Source: an uncultured Candidatus Saccharibacteria bacterium (lineage in GTDB: Bacteria; Patescibacteriota; Minisyncoccia; UBA6257; GWB1-50-10). Taken from it: 43,647 bases of DNA. Positions 1-6,410 of the stretch are shown piece after piece (the stretch's first letter is position 1; every line of letters begins with the position of its first letter). Position numbers and translations under genes: made by a program. The notes under the pieces are model-generated. The model saw only the letters and a list, made by a program, of their open reading frames with translations, did not search any database and had not been told where the DNA came from. The DNA lies in the NCBI GenBank assembly GCA_964639325.1, contig CAZXDO010000024.1:1-43647 (forward strand), given 5' to 3'.

Positions 1-130
1 CGAACCGAATTTTGCGGGAACGGGAATTAGTTTTTGAGCCACGCGGAGCGTGGCAAATCCTCTTAAAATCAGGCCTTAGCGCCCGCAGGGCGCGTGCCGA
101 GGCGCGAAGCGCCGAGGCAATAAACTCGCA
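1..130. other. GC-rich, hairpin-dense non-coding segment; unassigned structured-RNA candidate cut by the window edge
   Basis: No ORF. Local GC is far above the AT-rich background. Three perfect GC hairpins: gccacgc-gga-gcgtggc (38-54), gcgccc-gca-gggcgc (79-93), ggcgc-gaa-gcgcc (101-113). The minus strand of 1-10 reads ..TTCGGTTCG, like the start of a T-arm. Confidence 0.3.
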
Positions 131-140
131 ACATACAATT

Positions 141-410
141 TGGCTCCGGGGGCCGGATTCGAACCGGCAACCTTCTCCTTACATGTAACCCTCCTGTTAC
201 CAAGAGGCATGGACTATCTCATCACCATATTCTAGAAAGAACTTAGGTGCCGGGCGCTATAAGTCTCTGCACCTTCCCCAATAAAATCAGGGCTTGGCTC
301 AGGATTGCCCCAGTAGGGTTTCCCTGAATTCACCCGGTGTTTCAACCGTGATTTCTCACAGAAGCTGCCGTTTAGGACAGGGAGTCGCACTACCATTGTG
401 CTACCCCGGA
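141..410 (-). tRNA. tRNA-Asn(GUU) interrupted by a group I intron (exon 1 = 377-410, exon 2 = 141-181)
   Basis: The joined exons give a 75-nt cloverleaf. Acceptor TCCGGGG/CCCCGGA (U1-A72), G73, encoded CCA. D arm GCAC-AATGGTA-GTGC. Anticodon loop CUGUUAA. T arm GCCGG-TTCGAAT-CCGGC. Confidence 0.8.
182..376 (-). ncRNA. Group I (IC3-like) intron, 195 nt, no ORF
   Basis: Core strings match those I recall from the cyanobacterial tRNA-Leu intron: UCAGGGAAACC, GGCAAUCCUGAGCCAAGCC, GGAAGGUGCAGAGACU, AGUCCA. P1 has a U.G wobble at the 5' splice site. P2 is CUGUGA-GAAA-UCACGG. The terminal base is G. Confidence 0.8.
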
Positions 411-420
411 ATGCGAGGAG

Positions 421-446
421 ATAAATAGAAATTAATTTCTATTTAT
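421..446. repeat. 26-bp perfect AT-rich palindrome just upstream of tRNA-Asn
   Basis: ataaatagaaatt / aatttctatttat are exact reverse complements. Function unknown (operator or terminator). Confidence 0.6.
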
Positions 447-617
447 TCCGAGCTGCCCCGGAGCAAACTTTGTTTACCCCGGAATACTTTTCAATTGTAT
501 CAACTTTCCTTTCATTTTCAAGTCCTAATACATCCTTGGGAGGTAGCAACATCCAAGTTTAATAAACTCTTCAACTTGGGGAGGATTAACATCCTATATT
601 CTAAAAAGATTTTAATA

Positions 618-645
618 TTGAAATATATGTAAAAATATGTAAAAT
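618..645 (+). promoter_or_regulatory. Putative sigma70-type promoter for tRNA-Lys (and the downstream endonuclease gene)
   Basis: TTGAAA (618-623), N16 spacer, TAAAAT (640-645). It ends 11 nt before the tRNA 5' end. Confidence 0.45.
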
Positions 646-656
646 ATAAAAGTCAG

Positions 657-731
657 CCCCCCATAGCTCAATTTGGCAGAGCAGCTCCCTTTTAAGGAGA
701 AGGTTTCTAGGTTCGAGGCCTAGTGGGGGGA
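657..731 (+). tRNA. tRNA-Lys(UUU), CCA not encoded
   Basis: Acceptor CCCCCCA/TGGGGGG. U8, D arm GCTC-AATTTGGCA-GAGC. Anticodon loop CTTTTAA. T arm CTAGG-TTCGAGG-CCTAG. Discriminator A. The variable loop is 6 nt and there is a 27:43 mismatch. Confidence 0.8.
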
Positions 732-733
732 CA

Positions 734-1597
734 ATGAATAAAACTCCCGAATATCTCATACAAAAATGCCGCTCTTTAAGAAGGAAAAGTATTCCTTTGA
801 AAAAGATAATGGAAGAAACGGGACTACCTAAAACCACTGTCTATGGATATATATACGACATTCCCCGATCTCCCCATTTTGAAAGAAAAATAATAAAAGA
901 ATCAACAGAAAGAATAATAAAATTCAATAAATCCAGGAAAGGTAAAAGCGCTTTAAACCGCCACCCTATTGAATTTAATGAATGGAACCCACAGCTTGTT
1001 ATGCTTGTGGGTCATTTTATTTTTGATGGAGAAATAAAGAAAAATGGTTGCATCTACAATAATAGAAGCAAAAAATTAATAAGAAGGGTAAAAAAATTAA
1101 CAAAGTATGTATATAAATACCCTCCCAAAGAAATGATAAATGAAAAATCAGGAGTTATTACAATATCATACTTTAATGTAGAGCTTTCTAAGCTAATTAA
1201 CCAAAGATCAAAAGAATTGATAGAATACATAAAATCAGCACCAAAAGAACACAAACGAATTTTCTTAAAATCTTTTTTCGACGATGAAGGGTGTATCAGT
1301 TTTTACAATAATACGAATAGAAAGGTTAAGGGCTATCAGTATAAAATTGAAATATTAAAACTAATTCAAAGCCTCCTTCTAGATTTTAAAATCAAAAGCA
1401 CTATTGAAAATCAACAAAGAGAAATAGTAATAAGAAGAAAAGAAAATTTAAAGAAGTTTCAAAAAGAGATAAATTTCTCCAAAGGTATTTATATGAACCC
1501 AAACCGGAAAAACAGCGTTTGGAAAAGAAAATTGGAAAAAAGAGAAATATTAAAAAACGCCATTAATTCATATCAAAACCTCAACCGGACATATTGA
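734..1597 (+). CDS. Free-standing LAGLIDADG homing endonuclease (two motifs) with N-terminal helix-turn-helix
   Basis: Motif 1 is LVMLVGHFIFDGEI and motif 2 is IFLKSFFDDEGCI. The N-terminus has an HTH-like segment, IPLKKIMEETGLPKTTVYGYI. TGA stop, followed by a terminator hairpin. Confidence 0.8.
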   Translation: MNKTPEYLIQKCRSLRRKSIPLKKIMEETGLPKTTVYGYIYDIPRSPHFERKIIKESTERIIKFNKSRKGKSALNRHPIEFNEWNPQLVMLVGHFIFDGEIKKNGCIYNNRSKKLIRRVKKLTKYVYKYPPKEMINEKSGVITISYFNVELSKLINQRSKELIEYIKSAPKEHKRIFLKSFFDDEGCISFYNNTNRKVKGYQYKIEILKLIQSLLLDFKIKSTIENQQREIVIRRKENLKKFQKEINFSKGIYMNPNRKNSVWKRKLEKREILKNAINSYQNLNRTY

Positions 1598-1631
1598 AAA
1601 ATGAGGGATGTTTAACATCCCTCATTTTTTT
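1597..1631. terminator. Bidirectional intrinsic terminator hairpin
   Basis: aaaa-atgagggatgt-tta-acatccctcat-ttttttt: an 11-bp stem flanked by an A-run and a T-run, between convergent genes. Confidence 0.6.
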
Positions 1632-1640
1632 AAAAACTCT

Positions 1641-1671
1641 CAACTTGGGGGTTCCCGACACCCCCAAGTTG
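1641..1671. repeat. GC-rich palindromic repeat element, copy 1
   Basis: caacttggggg-ttcccgaca-cccccaagttg. The identical 31-mer occurs at 4718-4748, and an inverted-loop copy at 29752-29780. Confidence 0.85.
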
Positions 1672-1672
1672 G

Positions 1673-1681
1673 TGTGGATAA
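1673..1681 (-). promoter_or_regulatory. Perfect DnaA-box 9-mer (TTATCCACA)
   Basis: The plus strand reads tgtggataa. It sits between repeat copy 1 and the nrdJ stop codon. The sequence match is exact; function is untested. Confidence 0.35.
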
Positions 1682-4579
1682 CTAACTGCAGCCGCCGGAA
1701 GTTTCTCCGCATTGAATACAAGTTTCACAAGTTCCCGTGCGAACCATCATTCCTCCGCACTTTGGACAAACACTAGTTCCTGAGACAGATTTTTTCTTTA
1801 CCACGCCTCCGTTTTCACTATTCTCTCCATTACCGCCTACTTTAACTTTTTCTTCTTTTTTAGAAACAACTGAAGCTATAATTTCGTCATCGCCATCTTC
1901 TTCAATTTCCTCATTTTCTTTTTCTTCTTTAATCTCGTTTTTAGAAGAATCATCTTCCTCTAACTCATAAATTTTCCGGCTTAAACCAAAATCAGCTAAT
2001 TCCTCATCTTTTAAAAACCTTAAAGACAAATAACGGAATATATAATCTACAATACTGGAAGCTATACGAATATCAGGATTTTCTGTAATGCCGGCCGGCT
2101 CAAAACGGCTATAAATAAACTTGCTGGCCAAGCTCTTTAAAGGAACACCGTACTGCAAGGCCAAAGAAACAGAAATTGAGAAAGAATCCAAGAGACCGGC
2201 CAAAGTACTTCCCTGTTTTGACATTCTAATAAATATTTCCCCAAGGCGCCCGTCATCGTACATTCCGTAAGTTAAGTAACCCTCATGGCCGATAATGGAA
2301 AACTTGTGGGTTTCTGATTTTCTAACATTAGGCAAACGACGTCTTTCAACAAAGTCCCGGCCATTCTTTACCTTTTCTTCTTTTTCATCTTTAACCTCTT
2401 TGTTGTCTTCTTTATCCTCTTCCTTCTCTTCTTTTTTCTTACTTCCCGAAGAGTGCAAAGGTTGAGAGACTTTAGAACCGTCGCGATACACGGCAAAAGC
2501 TTTTATCCCTGACTCCCAAGCCATCCTATAACTTTCTGCTATTTCCTCAACACTAGTTTCGTGAGACATATTAAAGGTTTTTGAAATTGCTCCGGAAATA
2601 AAAGACTGAACTGCGGCTACCATCCGCACATGACCCTTCCAAGAAATTACTCTAGTACCATTTTGAGGTTTAATAGCGCAATCAAAAATGGGTAAATGTT
2701 CTTCCTTAAAATGAGGTGCTCCTTCTACGGTTCCCTCTTTAGAAATATATTCTACTATTTCCCTTAACTCCTCATCTTTATAACCAAGATTTTCTAAGGC
2801 TTTTTTTACAGCTCCGTTTACAATTTTCATCCAACCGCCCCCTACCAACTGTTTCATTTTTATCAAAGAGAAATCAGGTTCAATTCCGGTAGTATCACAA
2901 TCCATCATAAAGGAAATTGTTCCTGTTGGAGCAATAACCGTAGCCTGAGAATTTCTAAAACCGTATTTCTGACCTAAGTCATAAGCTCTATCCCAAACAG
3001 CAGTTAACTCTTCCCTGACTTTATTATTATCAATTTTTGACTTATCAACCTCCAAAGATTTTGCCCTGTGCTTCCCTATTACTCTAAGCATGGGTTCCCT
3101 GTTTAACTCATAACCGTTAAAAGGATCCATCCTCTTGGCAATAACAGCAGATTGACGATATGCTTCTCCGGTCATAATAGAAGCTATTGCTCCACCCCAA
3201 GCAAAACCTTCTTCTGAATCATAAGGGATACCTTTAGTCATCAAGAAAGCGCCAAGGTTAGAAAACCCAAGACCAAGCTCTCGGAAATCATGAGCGTTCT
3301 CAGCAATTTTCTTTGTTGGATAACTTCCTCCATCTACCACTATTTCCTGAGCAAGAATAAATATATCAACAGCATGTTTAAATTCATCTACAGCAAAACT
3401 ACCGTCATTCTTTAGAAATTTGAGTAAGTTCAAAGAAGCCAAGTTACAAGCCGAGTTATCCAAGTGAAGATACTCGCTACAAGGGTTGGAAGCGTTAATT
3501 CTTCCGGAATTAGGACAAGTGTGCCAATCATTTATGGTTGTATCAAACTGGACCCCCGGATCACCGGACTTCCAAGCCGCTTTAGCAATTTCCTCCAAAA
3601 GCTCCCGGGCATCGTACTCCGGAGCGTCGTTCTTGTCACTAACCCGATACCTTGTCTTCCACTTTTTATCATCTCTTACTGCTTCCATAAATTCATCAGT
3701 TATCCTAACCGAGTTATTAGCGTTTTGAAATTGGATTGAATACCACCCCTCATTATTCAAATCCATCATATTATAACCGGCCTCGGCAAGAGCTTTTATT
3801 TTATCTTCTTCATCTGCTTTAGTTCTAACAAAATCAACAATATCAGGATGGTCAACATCTAAAACCACCATCTTGGCTGCCCGGCGGGTTGTTCCTCCGG
3901 ACTTAATCATACCCGCCACTGAATCAGACCCTCTCATAAAAGAAACCGGACCTGAAGCGTAACCTCCTCCGGACAATTCTTCATTTTTAGAACGAAGAGA
4001 AGAAAGATTAACTCCCGAACCGGAACCTAGTTTAAATATCAAACCCTCGGTTTTTATCCAATCAAGAATTGCTTCCATTTCATCTTCTACAGACAAAATA
4101 AAACAAGCCGAAACCTGAGGCGGGTCAATAGTTCCCACGTTAAACCATACGGGACTATTAAAAGATCCTTTTTGGTGAAGAATAATATGAGTTAATTCAT
4201 CTTCAAAAATTTGGGCTTCTTTTTCGTTAGAAAAATGTCCCTGTTCTCTCCCCCATTCACTAATTTTTTTTGTTACTCTTGAAATTAATTGTTTCAAACT
4301 GTACTCCCTTTCAGGAGAGCCAAGTTTGCCATAAAAATATTTTGAAACTGTAATGTTTACCGCATTTCTTGACCAGAAACTTGGAAACTCTACACCCTTT
4401 TGTTCAAAAAAACTATCCGACCCCTTTTTTACCGAAGCATCTCTCTTTACCCATTCAACTTCATCAAATGGATGAACACCTTCTTTTGTAAAAACCCTTT
4501 TTATAGGTATTGACGGCTTCCCTGTAAAATCTCTTTTCTCGACTTTTGATGTAAAACCCATTTTATTTACTTTTCCCAT
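1682..4579 (-). CDS. nrdJ: Class II (adenosylcobalamin-dependent) ribonucleotide reductase
   Basis: FPSFWSRNAVNITVSKYF, ACFILSVEDEME..GSGSGVNLSSLR, NPCSEY..CNLASLNL, and a C-terminal CPKC..CETCIQC zinc ribbon. It has two K/E/D-rich low-complexity inserts. Confidence 0.9.
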   Translation of the reverse strand: MGKVNKMGFTSKVEKRDFTGKPSIPIKRVFTKEGVHPFDEVEWVKRDASVKKGSDSFFEQKGVEFPSFWSRNAVNITVSKYFYGKLGSPEREYSLKQLISRVTKKISEWGREQGHFSNEKEAQIFEDELTHIILHQKGSFNSPVWFNVGTIDPPQVSACFILSVEDEMEAILDWIKTEGLIFKLGSGSGVNLSSLRSKNEELSGGGYASGPVSFMRGSDSVAGMIKSGGTTRRAAKMVVLDVDHPDIVDFVRTKADEEDKIKALAEAGYNMMDLNNEGWYSIQFQNANNSVRITDEFMEAVRDDKKWKTRYRVSDKNDAPEYDARELLEEIAKAAWKSGDPGVQFDTTINDWHTCPNSGRINASNPCSEYLHLDNSACNLASLNLLKFLKNDGSFAVDEFKHAVDIFILAQEIVVDGGSYPTKKIAENAHDFRELGLGFSNLGAFLMTKGIPYDSEEGFAWGGAIASIMTGEAYRQSAVIAKRMDPFNGYELNREPMLRVIGKHRAKSLEVDKSKIDNNKVREELTAVWDRAYDLGQKYGFRNSQATVIAPTGTISFMMDCDTTGIEPDFSLIKMKQLVGGGWMKIVNGAVKKALENLGYKDEELREIVEYISKEGTVEGAPHFKEEHLPIFDCAIKPQNGTRVISWKGHVRMVAAVQSFISGAISKTFNMSHETSVEEIAESYRMAWESGIKAFAVYRDGSKVSQPLHSSGSKKKEEKEEDKEDNKEVKDEKEEKVKNGRDFVERRRLPNVRKSETHKFSIIGHEGYLTYGMYDDGRLGEIFIRMSKQGSTLAGLLDSFSISVSLALQYGVPLKSLASKFIYSRFEPAGITENPDIRIASSIVDYIFRYLSLRFLKDEELADFGLSRKIYELEEDDSSKNEIKEEKENEEIEEDGDDEIIASVVSKKEEKVKVGGNGENSENGGVVKKKSVSGTSVCPKCGGMMVRTGTCETCIQCGETSGGCS

Positions 4580-4639
4580 TTTATTTTTTTATTTTATTTT
4601 TTATTTCGTCCGACCCTAAAATAAATGACCCGTAATAGT

Positions 4640-4668
4640 ATTTTACACCAGGATACCAAACTCGGCAA
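4640..4668 (-). promoter_or_regulatory. Putative nrdJ promoter
   Basis: The minus strand reads TTGCCG (4668-4663), N17 spacer, TAAAAT (4645-4640), about 60 nt upstream of the nrdJ ATG. Confidence 0.3.
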
Positions 4669-4707
4669 AACTGAAAAAAACCCCATAGAATCTAACATTC
4701 AAAAAAG

Positions 4708-4716
4708 TTATCCACA
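4708..4716 (+). promoter_or_regulatory. Perfect DnaA-box 9-mer (TTATCCACA)
   Basis: ttatccaca lies 1 nt from repeat copy 2 and about 130 nt upstream of the nrdJ start. Confidence 0.35.
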
Positions 4717-4717
4717 A

Positions 4718-4748
4718 CAACTTGGGGGTTCCCGACACCCCCAAGTTG
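4718..4748. repeat. GC-rich palindromic repeat element, copy 2
   Basis: A 31-mer identical to 1641-1671. Confidence 0.85.
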
Positions 4749-4784
4749 ATAATTGTATCTTTTTATTTTTAAGAGCCAAAAAAA

Positions 4785-4804
4785 CCCGAGCTAAAAAACT
4801 CGGG
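4785..4804 (-). terminator. Intrinsic terminator downstream of ftsZ
   Basis: The minus strand reads CCCGAG-TTTTTTAG-CTCGGG followed by TTTTTTT. Confidence 0.6.
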
Positions 4805-4831
4805 GTATATAAAAATAAATTCTAAACACAA

Positions 4832-4855
4832 AATCCTAAATTAAAAATTAGGATT
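4832..4855 (-). terminator. AT-rich hairpin immediately after the ftsZ stop
   Basis: aatcctaa / ttaggatt form an 8-bp stem, followed on the minus strand by TTTGTGTTT. Confidence 0.4.
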
Positions 4856-4864
4856 CTCTTATAG

Positions 4865-6352
4865 CTATTTCTTTTTCTTTTTTCTAAGAAAAGTAGGAAC
4901 ATCCCAAGGACTGGACTTGGAATCATCATTACCTTCCTCGTCCAAATCTCTTTCACTTCCCCAACTACCACCTGATGAAGAATTAGAAAAAGGATTTTCT
5001 TCTTCTTCTACACCACTTTCATCATCTGAATCCTTATCAACTTTCAAGGAGTTAATTTCAAAATTGCTTTTTCTTTTCTCGTCACGGCTAAAAAGGTGGG
5101 GCATATTAAAAGAGTTGCTATCTCTTAATGCTCCGTTAAAACCGGTAGCGATTACCGTTAATTTTATTGCTTTGTCTTTCAAACTATTGTCATTTATTGC
5201 CCCAAAGATGACTTGAGCGTTAGGATCCAAACTATCTGATATTACTTTGGCAATGTCATTAACTTCTGACATTTTAAGATCTCTGCCTCCGGCAATAGAA
5301 AACAAAACACCCTTAGCTCCTTCAATTGATGTTTCAAGAAGCGGTGAGTTAACTGCTTGTTGAATAACTTTTGTACTCCTATCTTGTCCTCTTGCCAAAC
5401 CTACCCCAATCATACTTGTCCCCATATCTTTCAAAATAGTTCTGATATCTGAAAAATCAACATTAATAATTCCAGGTACGTTGATAAGATCGGCAATTGC
5501 CCCAACACCGTCTTTTAGGACGTCATCAACATAAGCAAAAGCCTTAAGAATAGAAGTGTCTTTATCAATTACAGAGAAAACTCTGTCGTTAGGAATAATT
5601 ACCAAGGCGTCAACATTTTCTCTTATCCTGTCAATTGCTTCTTGGGCAATCATCATTCTTTTTGATCCTTCAAATTTAAAAGGGCGAGTAATAATACCTA
5701 TAGTCAAAACCCCGGCTTCTTTAGCTATCTCAGCAATAACCGGAGCAGCTCCGCTTCCGGTTCCACCGCCAAAACCAGCTGCTACAAAAACAATATCAGC
5801 TCCTTTAATAATTTCTCCTATCTCAGAACGATTTTCTTCAACAGCTTGGCGGCCAATATCAGGATTCATCCCTGCTCCCATACCTTTAGTAAGAGCTCGG
5901 CCTATATGAATTTTTTTGTGGGCTGAAACTTCTTCAAGGTCCTGCATATCAGTATTTACTGCAATATATTCCACTCCCCTTATCCGATTACTGTTTCTCA
6001 TTCGGCTAATTATATTACCCCCGGCTCCGCCTACTCCAATAACTTTAATATTAGTAATTCCCTGATTACTCTTTGATCTTGGACGCCTGCTCTTTGAACT
6101 TTTTCCCGCAGAAACTCTACGCTTTTTCGTACCCTTTTTCCCGGTACTTGGTTTTTTTCTTTTACTGTTTGAAGTTTTCTTAACTTTCTTATCAACCGTT
6201 TCTTTTACGTTCTTGGTTTTCTTGCTATTTTCTTTCTTTTCTTTGTCTTTTTTGTTTTTTTCTTTCTCGTGAACTGCCATATGAGCTTTAAGGTTATAAA
6301 AAAGTTTATGACACACAGGACAACGTTCTCTTTTTTTCTTGGTTTTTGGCAT
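4865..6352 (-). CDS. ftsZ: Cell division GTPase FtsZ with an approximately 100-aa N-terminal zinc-finger/basic extension
   Basis: IKVIGVGGAGGN, the GGGTGSGAAPVIA tubulin signature, and the C-terminal DVPTFLRKK peptide. The N-terminus carries CPVCHKLFYNLKAHMAVH and a K/R/S-rich tail. Confidence 0.9.
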   Translation of the reverse strand: MPKTKKKRERCPVCHKLFYNLKAHMAVHEKEKNKKDKEKKENSKKTKNVKETVDKKVKKTSNSKRKKPSTGKKGTKKRRVSAGKSSKSRRPRSKSNQGITNIKVIGVGGAGGNIISRMRNSNRIRGVEYIAVNTDMQDLEEVSAHKKIHIGRALTKGMGAGMNPDIGRQAVEENRSEIGEIIKGADIVFVAAGFGGGTGSGAAPVIAEIAKEAGVLTIGIITRPFKFEGSKRMMIAQEAIDRIRENVDALVIIPNDRVFSVIDKDTSILKAFAYVDDVLKDGVGAIADLINVPGIINVDFSDIRTILKDMGTSMIGVGLARGQDRSTKVIQQAVNSPLLETSIEGAKGVLFSIAGGRDLKMSEVNDIAKVISDSLDPNAQVIFGAINDNSLKDKAIKLTVIATGFNGALRDSNSFNMPHLFSRDEKRKSNFEINSLKVDKDSDDESGVEEEENPFSNSSSGGSWGSERDLDEEGNDDSKSSPWDVPTFLRKKKKK

Positions 6353-6410
6353 AAAAATAAAACTATTAGTAATTATTTATAAAATAAAATTGACTAAATT
6401 ACAAATGAAA

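Noticed and set aside
601-837. 78-aa minus-strand ORF spanning the tRNA-Lys gene and the endonuclease gene start.
   Set aside because: It overlaps a clear tRNA and the start of a motif-supported CDS, so it is a spurious frame.
1737-1970. Antisense or shadow ORFs inside long genes. Examples are 1737-1970, 3464-3739, 4917-5216, 5556-5909, 7390-7668, 14063-14443, 15150-15476, 16198-16596, 24535-24915, 31815-32243, 42268-42741 and 42864-43313.
   Set aside because: They lie fully within well-supported genes on the opposite strand. Their translations are low-complexity S/L/F/I-rich, typical of reverse frames of K/E-rich AT-rich genes, and they carry no motifs.
1682-4579. Intein in the class II ribonucleotide reductase.
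   Set aside because: The extra length is explained by K/E/D-rich low-complexity inserts. There is no Cys/Ser...HN boundary pair and there are no Hint blocks.
4580-4717. Cobalamin riboswitch or NrdR boxes in the nrdJ leader.
   Set aside because: There is no B12-box-like GCCACUG core and no paired 16-bp acaCwAtATaTwGtgt palindromes. The leader is short and AT-rich.
4625-4825. 66-aa plus-strand ORF in the ftsZ-nrdJ spacer. The same applies to 1594-1776.
   Set aside because: It runs through terminator hairpins, the palindromic repeat and the DnaA box. It has no RBS and its composition is that of non-coding DNA.
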